A stretch of DNA of 62,106 nucleotides, filler included. It is 13 parts of 13 records of this genome, joined end to end, with 100 filler letters (N's around TTAATTAATTAA, not from the genome) between each part and the next. Parts side by side here need not be neighbours in the genome. Positions count along the whole stretch, not along the records: positions 53,437 to 57,255 come from SRR15195285_8980; positions 57,356 to 62,106 come from SRR15195285_8983; 11 more parts are not named here. The stretch is one strand, 5' to 3'. Below, piece after piece: positions 53,437-62,106 of the stretch. The notes under the pieces were generated by a model. It saw nothing but the letters and a program-made list of their open reading frames with translations, ran no database searches and was not told where the DNA came from. A program made the translations under genes and the position numbers. The first letter of the stretch is position 1. Each line of letters opens with the position of its first letter.

Positions 53437-56400
53437 GCGGCGGCGAAGCAGAAGGGCGCGGAGGCTGCCGCGGCGGCGAAGGATCGGGCCAGCACGAAGA
53501 TCGCCGAAGTGCGCGCCTCGAGCAGCTACTCGCTCGCTGAGCAGTCTGCGGCCACGAAGATCCAGGCGATTCAGCGATCCAAGACTGCGCGTGCGGCGAC
53601 CGAGGCGCTCGATAGTGGGCAGCAGGCAGTGCTGGCCAAGGCACGCCAGACGGCCTCGAAGGTCGCAGCTGCGACGGAGACGGACTCAACGATCGATCGG
53701 CGCAACGTCCTGCTGACTAGAAATGACGGTGATGTCAACCGCTCGCTGGGCATGGTCACCAGCAAGGGCCTGCTCACGGAACGGATGCCAGGCCTGGCGG
53801 CGTCCTCACTCCCGTTTGTCGGCGTCGCCTACAACATGATCAACCCGGTGTGGGAGCAGATGCGCGCCGTATGCCTTGTCGCCGCACTGTACGGTCACGA
53901 CGTCGAGAACGACGAGGACATGAAGGCACAGGTGCTGACCTGCGTAATGGGTGATCGAGCAGAGATGAAAGCCAAGGGGAGCAAGAAGGGAATGGGAGAC
54001 AAGGCGGCGAAAGCTGCTATGGACAAGCTGACGGAGAGCATGGGTCGGAAGTTCGCTACCCAGCAGGCGAGCGCGCTCGCAATCTGCAGCGGGCCGATCG
54101 CGCCCGTGCTCGGCGCCATGACTGGCGCCGCTATGAACAAGGCGACAAGCGTGAGCACCGAGTATGCAATCGAGTACTTCCACGCGGGTTCGCGGGTAAT
54201 TCCCGAGGAGGAATGGAAGCTGAATCTGAAAACATCCTTGTCGGCAGTTCAGCGGCTGGACATGAAAATCCATTCAGCCTACGATGCCGCTGACAATAGG
54301 TTTGACATCGGTGGCAAGACTCAGGCAGTCGTGGACGTAGCAGCCGTCCAGGCGAGAGCTGCAGCAGATGTTGTTGACGATAAATTTGCCATTTCGGACA
54401 GAGTTTCTAACGCGCGTCAAGCGGGCAAGGAGAAGTCGACAGAGCTCATGTACAAGGCGCAGGACAGGACAGTTGCTAAGTTTGAGAAGCAAATGGAGCA
54501 GATCGCCGAACATATGTCGGATAACATCGTCAACGCGCTCGCGCTGCCGAAATTCCTGCGCAATATTGTAGACCACGTGATCCGAGACATTGTTGAGGAA
54601 ATACAGCACGAAGGCGTGTATCACATCGAAAGCCTCCTAGACCGCCACGAAAAGGACCGACGGGAAAGTCCTGACCGGCTTCAGGAAATCAACTGCCTTC
54701 AGCGGATGCGTGGATGGATTCTGTACCACTGGATGCCGTATGATCACACAAGCTTTTACAAGCTGTCAGACCCCGCATGGATTTTTCTGAAGATTCTGGC
54801 CGTGCTGCCTTTCGGGGGTCAATTTTTTTTCTATCTGCTGCTCTGGACGCTCATCGACAAATCGGATACATTTCAGCTTGTCAAGTTCATCGTGGACTTC
54901 AAGGGGCTCCAGGCAATATCGCTGGGCATCGGCTGCATTTTCATCGGTGCCTCAAAATACGTGCGCTGTGCTAACCAGGTCCCGTACCCAAATTGCGAGC
55001 AGAAAGGTCCAGGTGCGGGGGACGCCTTCTTCTTCGGCCTTTCTGGCTGGATTGGGTGCGTGCTTCTGGTCTGGACGACGTTCGTGTTTCTGAAATGCAA
55101 AGGAAAAGATGTAAAAACAGGAGAATCTGCTGGGGGCAAGCTGGTTTCGTGGCTATTGTACGACTTGGTCATATTTGCTGTGTGTGCGGGCATGGTCTTT
55201 GTCACCTATCTTGATGTGGGTATGGACTACGAGACGCACGAGATGTTGTTCTGGTGCAAAGGTCTGTACGGTGTGCTGTCGTTCCCCTTTATTGTGTTCA
55301 TGATGCCGCTTGTTAATGTGCTGTTCACCCACGCGCACGTGACCGCGTACACGCCTTCTGGCCGGTGCCGCAAGCCGTTGGTGGTAGGCCCTGAAGATAC
55401 TCTACGCGAGAAGGCCGCGCAGAAGTTGGAGACAAACCAGACATTGAATCAGATCCTCACGGAAATGCTTGACGTAGCTATTAAAGGAGGGCCGCTGCCT
55501 TTGAACGAATGGTCCTCGAAGCTTGCGCCAACCATGGAGCACATGGCGGACACATGGAGCAACCGTGTGGACCGAGTCAAATCGCATGCGGAGGGCAAGG
55601 GTGGCGGCATGAAAGCAATCGCCAGCGGCACTTTCGCTGTCGCGAAAGACGATGGCAGAGCGCAGTCCAAGGTTGCACTGGCTACAGCTGCACACACAAT
55701 TGCACGACAAACCGTCTTCTCGCTTAACGCGAGCCTGGAGCTGCCGAAGTTCCTGAGTAGCGCAGTCGAAGGCATTGTTATGGGTTTCGTGCCAGACATC
55801 ACGGACACACTCAGTGGCGGAGTGGTGAACAAACTTGAAGAGAAAACTGGGATCGATTTGGACGGCGACGGGGACGTTGCGGAACGAGGACAGAAGGTCG
55901 TCGAGGGCCGCGTTGACGGCAGAGCAACAGACGACGGAACCTGCTCGTTGCGAGGCGCCATCCTGCACGCGTGGATGCCATACAACTCGTCTGGGACCGG
56001 GCTGTTCGGCAAGCTGTTGGACTTTCTCGCTGGTTGCCCGCTCGTCGGCACGAACTATGCGATGTGCGTGCTGATGTTCGTGCTGATAGATCGCACTGAG
56101 TACCAGCTCACGCGCTTCTGCCTCTCCTTCAAGGGCATGCAGGCCATCTCTACGGGCTTAGTCTTCACGTTCGTCGGGGTGCTAACGTACATGGAGTGCA
56201 TTGCTGGCTCACCGACCGACACTGGGTCGGGTCTCTTGATCGAGATCGACACCTGCGATGAGAGCATCCTCGCGAGCTTCCCTCTGTTCTGGCCGTTCGT
56301 AGGCTCCTGGTTGATCGCGGTGCTTTGCGTATGGGTTGGATTCCTTCTGCTCATCCATGTCCATACCAAACAGATCAATCACTTGAAGCAGGAGGCTACA

Positions 56401-56835
56401 GATCAATTGAGCGTCGGGGGCGAAGAGGTAGACACAGCAGAGGCTATGACAATCAGCGCAAAAGAAGGACTGCGGAGCCGCACGTGGACTGCACTGTGCT
56501 ACGATATGTTTTGCATGGCGCTGTGCTTTGGGATTATCTTGTACTTCGAGGGAAGCGCGAAACTCGATGACTGGCAGCGTCGCCAGCTGTTCTTCTGGTC
56601 GCATGCACTCTATGGCATTCTATCGCTACCGTTCATTCTGACCATGCTGCCAGTGGCGCACTTGCTCTTTAACGCGGCTCCCGCCACTGGATACGCTCGT
56701 TCGGGCCAGTGCCTTCGCGTGAATCTCGACGGCGAGGCGACGAGCTCACGGGAAAAGGGTTCGCCCAACGATTCCACGCAGTTCGTGAACCCAATGGCGC
56801 AGCAGGATGACGACGACGACGATGGTATCGACTAA
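53437..56835 (+). CDS. Polytopic membrane protein with IQ motif, EcsC-like segment and an internally duplicated TM domain (5'-partial)
   Basis: AATKIQAIQRSKTAR; QMRAVCLVAALYGHD; two homologous halves (RGWILYHWMPY...LIDK...FKGLQAIS...LYGVLSFPFI...YTPSGRC versus RGAILHAWMPY...LIDR...FKGMQAIS...LYGILSLPFI...YARSGQC). Confidence 0.8.
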   Translation, partial: AAAKQKGAEAAAAAKDRASTKIAEVRASSSYSLAEQSAATKIQAIQRSKTARAATEALDSGQQAVLAKARQTASKVAAATETDSTIDRRNVLLTRNDGDVNRSLGMVTSKGLLTERMPGLAASSLPFVGVAYNMINPVWEQMRAVCLVAALYGHDVENDEDMKAQVLTCVMGDRAEMKAKGSKKGMGDKAAKAAMDKLTESMGRKFATQQASALAICSGPIAPVLGAMTGAAMNKATSVSTEYAIEYFHAGSRVIPEEEWKLNLKTSLSAVQRLDMKIHSAYDAADNRFDIGGKTQAVVDVAAVQARAAADVVDDKFAISDRVSNARQAGKEKSTELMYKAQDRTVAKFEKQMEQIAEHMSDNIVNALALPKFLRNIVDHVIRDIVEEIQHEGVYHIESLLDRHEKDRRESPDRLQEINCLQRMRGWILYHWMPYDHTSFYKLSDPAWIFLKILAVLPFGGQFFFYLLLWTLIDKSDTFQLVKFIVDFKGLQAISLGIGCIFIGASKYVRCANQVPYPNCEQKGPGAGDAFFFGLSGWIGCVLLVWTTFVFLKCKGKDVKTGESAGGKLVSWLLYDLVIFAVCAGMVFVTYLDVGMDYETHEMLFWCKGLYGVLSFPFIVFMMPLVNVLFTHAHVTAYTPSGRCRKPLVVGPEDTLREKAAQKLETNQTLNQILTEMLDVAIKGGPLPLNEWSSKLAPTMEHMADTWSNRVDRVKSHAEGKGGGMKAIASGTFAVAKDDGRAQSKVALATAAHTIARQTVFSLNASLELPKFLSSAVEGIVMGFVPDITDTLSGGVVNKLEEKTGIDLDGDGDVAERGQKVVEGRVDGRATDDGTCSLRGAILHAWMPYNSSGTGLFGKLLDFLAGCPLVGTNYAMCVLMFVLIDRTEYQLTRFCLSFKGMQAISTGLVFTFVGVLTYMECIAGSPTDTGSGLLIEIDTCDESILASFPLFWPFVGSWLIAVLCVWVGFLLLIHVHTKQINHLKQEATDQLSVGGEEVDTAEAMTISAKEGLRSRTWTALCYDMFCMALCFGIILYFEGSAKLDDWQRRQLFFWSHALYGILSLPFILTMLPVAHLLFNAAPATGYARSGQCLRVNLDGEATSSREKGSPNDSTQFVNPMAQQDDDDDDGID

Positions 56836-56889
56836 GCGACCCAATCGGCACGACCGTCGACGAATGTTTCAAAGGCAGCTACCCAACAG

Positions 56890-57170
56890 CGGGCATAAGG
56901 GGTCATTATGCCTCGTGTCAATCCTCCCTGCTGCCCGGTGTCAACTAGCCTATGCTATCAGATGAGGCCAGAGTGTTAATTCCATGTACACAACCGCTAT
57001 GGAGTACCGGTATCTAAATCGCGAAATGGGTTCACTCACCATTGATTCTCGCGCGCCTCGTCTGGTCATTTATGTATTTGTCACACGGCATCCTCGACCT
57101 CCACACACATGCGCCTAACACTGTTACTAGTAACACGACGCCGTGACACCTTGCATGAGGGCCACCGGGC
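56890..57170. repeat. Cluster of degenerate copies of the TGACACCGGGCATAAGGG repeat in both orientations
   Basis: cgggcataaggggtcattatgcc (56890-56912), tgcccggtgtca (56932-56943), tgacaccttgcatgagggcc (57144-57163). Confidence 0.7.
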
Positions 57171-57625
57171 AGGAGGCTCTGAGGCGTCGCTCACGCTCTT
57201 TCCGAAGGCGAATATGGTACTGATTCTCAGTGCTCATGAAAACTGGAATTGAGAANNNNNNNNNNNNNNNNNNNNNNNNNNNNNNNNNNNNNNNNNNNNT
57301 TAATTAATTAANNNNNNNNNNNNNNNNNNNNNNNNNNNNNNNNNNNNNNNNNNNNGAAGTGTCGACTCAGATGGAGCGGTGTTGCTTCCGGCGAGGAAAC
57401 AGTTGCGACTCAGCGACTGGGCATGCAGTGCAGGACGGTGGCACGGCGGCGGTTGCTTGTGGGGGTCCGGGTCGAGGTGCCAGGCCACTGTCGGTGAGGT
57501 ATCGTAGCTGCAGCTGCCCGAGGGCTGAGGCGGTGTGGCCGCGCTCTGCCCGCTGTCCGCTGTCCGCTGCCCGCTGCCCTTGCGCGGCTGCGGCTGTGGC
57601 GGCTGTGGCGGCTGGGCGGGCGGCG

Positions 57626-60600
57626 ATGTCCGTTGCTGAGATCGGGACGCGAGCGGCGGAGACGGCCGGGAACAGCATGCTGGCGGCGCAGCTGAGCGGG
57701 GCGCCGTGGGCGAACGAGGTGATGAGCGCAGATACGCTGCGGAGGCAGATTGTGAACCAGGTGATGCACTCGGAGGAAGCTGCGTTCAATGCGCGCAAAG
57801 CAGAGGAGGCTGCCCTGCACAGACAGCAGGTCGCGGCGGCGAAGGCGCACAACGTGATTACACAAAACCTACTGGGCAGTATTGGAGCAGCGCAGACAGC
57901 CGTGGGGGCGAACAAGTTTCTCGGCAAGATGAAGACGGCCCTGGAACACACTCGAGCGCAAGCGGACGGCCGCTCGCCGCCGCGCAGCCCGGCCCCGATG
58001 GAGGGCAAAATTGAACTGCAAGATATCCTTGCGATGCGAGCGCAGGAGCAAGAAGCGGCCCAGGAAAGTGAGAGTGCCACGAGAAGTAAGCAGTGGCGCA
58101 AAGCTAAGAAGGTGAAGGACGTTGCAAGACTGAAAGGTGTGTACGCGAGTCAGTCTGAAGGCTCGCTCGTGGCTAAGAAACATAGACGCAGAAGACGGCC
58201 AAAGATACAGCGGATATTCGATCAGGTCGACGAGGACGGGAGCGGCCACCTAGACCGGGCAGAAGTTGGCAAGCTACTCGTGCGGCTGGGCGTGCGGGAG
58301 AACACTGAGGAATACGTACTCTCGCTCATGGACCTAGACCCGGACAACGACGGAACGGTGACCTATGCGGAGTTCAAACGCTACTGGGATGGCGACACAC
58401 GGAAGGAAAGGCTGTCGCAGTCCAGCGTAGAAGCAGAACGAGCTGCAGCAGCCACCAAGCCCGTCGATCTTGAGCTGACAGTCGCCTGCACGGGGTTGGA
58501 ACCGCACAAGCTTCCTGGCGTGGCTGCTATAATGAACGGTCGCAAGGGGAAGGGTCATCTGTACGAGGCAGAAGAGGTGTATGCTGTGCTATCCGTCCTA
58601 CGCAACAGTGAGTGGTGCTATTATGGAAAGACGGAAAAGGTGCGCTGCGGTGACAGCCCAGAGTTCACCAAGGTTTTCGACTTTCCATACTACCCACAAT
58701 TTGCGGAAGTCGGGAGCTCCGCGTCCTACAACGTAGGGCAGAAAATGGATGATTGGATAATGTGCGGCCAACATTGCCGGGTCGAGCTATTTGCCAAACG
58801 CTTTTCAAAAACACGCGGCGGCGGTCAGCAGCAACTTGGTTCGATGGAATTCACTCTGCATGAGTTGGTTGAAACCCCGGGCAGGTGCAAAGGTCAGCGA
58901 TTGAGCAGTGGCAAAGGTGTTGTTGCGATACGGGCTGTTGTGCCTGCCGAAGCATACCAGCCGCCAGAGCCTCCACCTCCGTCGTCATTGCGGGTGAGCT
59001 CTCCAGGTTTATCGATAGCAGATGATGATGGTACAGCCAACGTGGCTGATTTGTCTGAGCCCGAGCAACCAGATCACGCGCCGAGCACACTGCTAATTCT
59101 ATGTGCTGCTAGCAAGCTCACGAATGTTCCGGAGCCGAAAGTTAACGAGGACAAGCAGTCAGGCTATTTTGTACACTTCCGGCGCCGAATTGGGGTGGGT
59201 GAAGGAGCTCTTTTCGAGAACGAGCTTGTAGCTCGCACTGAGGTGTCCTGGCAAGCGGTCGGTCAGCAAAATCCACGATGGATGGCCTTCGAGATTTCAA
59301 CATCTCGGCTCTGCTACAACAATCGTGAGACCATGGTCCGTGTGGATCTGTACAAGGTGGCGCGGGACGGGTTCCACCTGCATTTATCATCGCTAGACAC
59401 GACTGTAGCAGCTCTTTGCGAACCTGCCCCCGAGCACATGCGCTCCCAGGACGATGGCAACATGCCTCCGGCACCGCGTGAATCCGATCTCGAAGAACCT
59501 TGGATGCAAGCACGATCCCTGCTATCAGTAGACGGCGCTGATACACCGGTAGGAAAGTTGCACGTTGCCGTGCGCGATTCAAAAGATGGCGAGTTTCCGA
59601 AAGGTGAGACATTGACGATTCATGATAGAACCGATGAGAGCTTTTTGACCGAGATGCTCAGCCAGAACGATGTGAAGACAAGCGACCTAAAGGATGACGT
59701 GAAGAACGCTCAGCGGCTGCTGAACGAGCGGAAGAAGTTTGCGTCTGAGTTCTACAGGCGCCGACAGACCCATCAACAGAAGCATGGAAAAGTTGTTGCG
59801 GAGAATCACGACACCATGATCCGTACAGTACTCCCGAACAAGGTGGTGGAGCTGGTCACTATGACGCAGTCAATGCGTGACGAAGAACAGTTTGGTCACC
59901 TTCAGGGCAGTTGGTCGCACGCACAGCGACGAAATCATCACGATCTTAGCTGGACGCGTAATTACAACGTTAGACCTGTCAAACACCAGTGGAACAGCCG
60001 GGCAGTGTCGACTAATCTGACGATGGGTCAAAGCTATGAGCAAAGTCAGCTGATCACCTTACAAACGATCGACGACCGCGCGAGAGAAATGGAAATGGAC
60101 GCACTTGGCATCACAGGTCGACGCACTGCAAGGCGGTCTCTCTCAGCTTCGAAAGCGCAAGCGCGCCGACGCAGACAGCAACGCCAGCGCAATTCGGTAT
60201 CGCGGCCATCGACTGCTCCGGCTTCCCATGATTCAAGCATTCAGGGCGGCGTCAGACAGTCGTGGCGAATCCCTGGATCGTCACAACCCGACGGTGACGC
60301 CGAAAACGACGACCCACAGTCTCAGGCGGAGGATGCACATCACCGTGCACTGAAAATGTCGCACACACAAGCAGTGACAGTCAAACTAACTAAGAGTGAG
60401 AAGGACGAACGTCAGGCAGACAACGTCTTCCGCGTGATTCGGCAGCAAATGAAAAGTGGCAATCGCAAGCTGTACGGTCAGAATCTTTCCAACGCAAAGC
60501 AGGTATTTGAACTGATGGATAGGGATAAGGGCGGCAACCTTTCTGCTGGTGAGTTTGGGATTGCTCTGGATCGCCTAGGGTTGGGCCTTAGTGAGAAGCA

Positions 60601-61183
60601 AAAGGATGAGGTGCTGGCAGTTGTTGACGCCGATGGTAGCGGAACGGTAGACTACAGTGAGTTCATGTATATTCTCAGCGGGGGAGAGTCCGCAGAACAG
60701 GCTGGGGATGGAGCGGCGAATCGAGCGGCGAACGGTGCAGTGCATGATGCGGCTGCGTGGGAGGGCGGTCTCCACCATGGGAGACACGGCAAGGTGGCGC
60801 AGCATGTCAACGCAGAAGACATGGACCTCAGCGTTGATGACGCCCACCTGAACGACGTCAACCAGCTAGAGCACAATCTAATGGCTGAGTTCAGAGATTT
60901 AGGAGTCGAAGATGACATCTCACCTGTGATTCGTGGCGACCTGAGTGACACTGGCGAAGAGTTTACAGGTCACATGACAACAGCCGACCTCGATGTGGAC
61001 TCCGCAGGAGGAGATATGTACTATACGATGCACGCAACCAAGTACAACGTTGCCCACGGGGGCATAGAGAGGAAAAAGGCACATGACGAAGGCTGGTTTA
61101 AGGGCGCCATGGCCACACTGTATGGCGACGCACGCACCGAGGCCGAGGGACCTAACACTACTTTGCATCGCAAGTCAGGGTGA
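57626..61183 (+). CDS. EF-hand plus tandem copine-type C2 domain protein
   Basis: EF loops DEDGSGHLDRAEV, DPDNDGTVTYAEF, DRDKGGNLSAGEF, DADGSGTVDYSEF; C2-like segments LELTVACTGL...GKTEKVRCGDSPEFTKVF and ARTEV...NPRWMAFEISTSRLC. Likely ATG at 57626. Confidence 0.8.
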   Translation: MSVAEIGTRAAETAGNSMLAAQLSGAPWANEVMSADTLRRQIVNQVMHSEEAAFNARKAEEAALHRQQVAAAKAHNVITQNLLGSIGAAQTAVGANKFLGKMKTALEHTRAQADGRSPPRSPAPMEGKIELQDILAMRAQEQEAAQESESATRSKQWRKAKKVKDVARLKGVYASQSEGSLVAKKHRRRRRPKIQRIFDQVDEDGSGHLDRAEVGKLLVRLGVRENTEEYVLSLMDLDPDNDGTVTYAEFKRYWDGDTRKERLSQSSVEAERAAAATKPVDLELTVACTGLEPHKLPGVAAIMNGRKGKGHLYEAEEVYAVLSVLRNSEWCYYGKTEKVRCGDSPEFTKVFDFPYYPQFAEVGSSASYNVGQKMDDWIMCGQHCRVELFAKRFSKTRGGGQQQLGSMEFTLHELVETPGRCKGQRLSSGKGVVAIRAVVPAEAYQPPEPPPPSSLRVSSPGLSIADDDGTANVADLSEPEQPDHAPSTLLILCAASKLTNVPEPKVNEDKQSGYFVHFRRRIGVGEGALFENELVARTEVSWQAVGQQNPRWMAFEISTSRLCYNNRETMVRVDLYKVARDGFHLHLSSLDTTVAALCEPAPEHMRSQDDGNMPPAPRESDLEEPWMQARSLLSVDGADTPVGKLHVAVRDSKDGEFPKGETLTIHDRTDESFLTEMLSQNDVKTSDLKDDVKNAQRLLNERKKFASEFYRRRQTHQQKHGKVVAENHDTMIRTVLPNKVVELVTMTQSMRDEEQFGHLQGSWSHAQRRNHHDLSWTRNYNVRPVKHQWNSRAVSTNLTMGQSYEQSQLITLQTIDDRAREMEMDALGITGRRTARRSLSASKAQARRRRQQRQRNSVSRPSTAPASHDSSIQGGVRQSWRIPGSSQPDGDAENDDPQSQAEDAHHRALKMSHTQAVTVKLTKSEKDERQADNVFRVIRQQMKSGNRKLYGQNLSNAKQVFELMDRDKGGNLSAGEFGIALDRLGLGLSEKQKDEVLAVVDADGSGTVDYSEFMYILSGGESAEQAGDGAANRAANGAVHDAAAWEGGLHHGRHGKVAQHVNAEDMDLSVDDAHLNDVNQLEHNLMAEFRDLGVEDDISPVIRGDLSDTGEEFTGHMTTADLDVDSAGGDMYYTMHATKYNVAHGGIERKKAHDEGWFKGAMATLYGDARTEAEGPNTTLHRKSG

Positions 61184-61202
61184 TGCTACCGTGGTTGTTA
61201 GA

Positions 61203-61242
61203 CAGCTAAGCCGCTGCCGCGGTCAGCTAAGCCGCTGCCGCG
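61203..61242 (+). repeat. Tandem 19-bp direct repeat cagctaagccgctgccgcg (two copies) just after a stop codon
   Basis: Copies at 61203-61221 and 61224-61242. Confidence 0.9.
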
Positions 61243-61403
61243 ATCAAATATAAGTTTTGCTGAATTGAGGCACGCAGTTACAACGCATTAGTACCATCGC
61301 GCCGCTCGCTGCGCTGCGAATATCACCGGCGCAGCTCGTTCGCCATTCGCTGCGCCAGGGCACGGTCTGTAGCAACGATAGGTCGGTATATTAAGGCGAT
61401 GAG

Positions 61404-61913
61404 TTAGCTAGATGCACCATCGATGAGGTGCATGAGACGCTGCAGTGTAGTGGCGGTGGACGTACCAGCCTTCTCGCGCTGCGCATCGTGAAACTTCTGT
61501 TTGGAAATCTCGCGTGCTTGCATGTCCGCTGCGACCTTGGCGCCTTGCTGCGCATTCACTACCGCCGTGCAGTCATCAAACGCCGCCATTGCCTGACCAA
61601 CAGCAGGATTGATCGTGTCAGACTGGTACAACAGACAGCCCCGAGCCGCAAGCCGCAAGCCGCAGGACAAGCCGCACAAAGAAGCCACGCGGCTGAGCCT
61701 CAGCCGAGACGGATGGACGGCTAGATGTAGAGATATTGGAGCCTTTGGCAGTGCTCCGTCTTCTGTCGGGATTCGAGACGGACGGACCTGTTCTCTGGCC
61801 TGGTCTGCAAGCTCCTGCGCCGCCTTCGCCGCCAGCTCCGCGTCCGCGCGCTGCTGCTGCAGAAGCTCCCATGCCCTCGCGTCCTCCTGCGTCACCTCTT
61901 CCACGCTCGCCAT
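61404..61913 (-). CDS. Small Ala/Gln-rich helical protein (spliced), function unknown
   Basis: MASVEEVTQEDARAWELLQQQ...REQ, probable intron, then AMAAFDDC...; 3' end uncertain. Confidence 0.45.
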   Translation of the reverse strand: MASVEEVTQEDARAWELLQQQRADAELAAKAAQELADQAREQVRPSRIPTEDGALPKAPISLHLAVHPSRLRLSRVASLCGLSCGLRLAARGCLLYQSDTINPAVGQAMAAFDDCTAVVNAQQGAKVAADMQAREISKQKFHDAQREKAGTSTATTLQRLMHLIDGASS

Positions 61914-62106
61914 CACGCCAGGGTCAGCCACCGACTGCGGCAGTGAGGCGCTGAGGGCCACGAACGAATGCCGCGGGGACCGGGACACACGTGGACACAG
62001 CGACACCGGCCTGGTGCCAACGGCTCGATTTCATCCAGTCGTACCGGTATTCTACAGCTGTACTGTACAGCTAGTACTAGTAGATCGAGACCGGGGCTCA
62101 CGGCGG

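Noticed and set aside
4164-57355. Regularly recurring TTAATTAATTAA flanked by Ns, superficially like a repeat array
   Set aside because: Identical 100-bp synthetic contig linkers with six-frame stops; not biological.
96-61954. Numerous short overlapping or antisense ORFs in the supplied track
   Set aside because: They are shadows of the real genes, expected in GC-rich sequence, with no independent evidence.
1-62106. Prokaryotic operon, defence island, prophage, CRISPR array, rRNA or tRNA genes
   Set aside because: Spliceosomal introns and eukaryotic domains throughout; no repeat-spacer array, integrase, transposase or structural RNA signature recognised by eye.

Overview
Eukaryotic (protist-like, GC-rich) genomic DNA made of 13 separate short contigs joined by 12 artificial 100-bp linkers (N44-TTAATTAATTAA-N44), so adjacency across linkers means nothing. 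Genes are dense, use the standard code and have short GT-AG introns; many contigs break at microsatellites. Frequent Glu-Pro (EPEP) tracts recall Picozoa single-cell assemblies, but that taxonomic hint is weak. Recognisable genes include an S6K-like AGC kinase, a TMTC-like O-mannosyltransferase, MOG1, an aldo/keto reductase, a PhyH dioxygenase, an alpha/beta hydrolase, and ankyrin, HEAT, PX, EF-hand/C2 and Tudor-SET-BRCT proteins. Two loci stand out. (1) 20680-23217 encodes a NAC/CG-1-like putative DNA-binding domain, a phage-type peptidase G2 intramolecular-chaperone autocleavage domain, a TM helix and a Cys-rich luminal domain: a candidate self-releasing membrane-tethered transcription factor analogous to MYRF but built from different parts. 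(2) 4264-11424 encodes a giant GREB1-like protein (circularly permuted SF2 ATPase plus TAGT/JGT-type glycosyltransferase) fused to a CW zinc finger, suggesting chromatin-targeted glycosylation. Non-coding signals include a palindromic dispersed repeat family, a shared upstream motif GTGCCCAGGTTG, a 37-bp antisense copy of coding sequence behind its own gene, and GTAC/CGTACG-saturated intergenic DNA. All family calls come from motif recognition by eye, not database searches.
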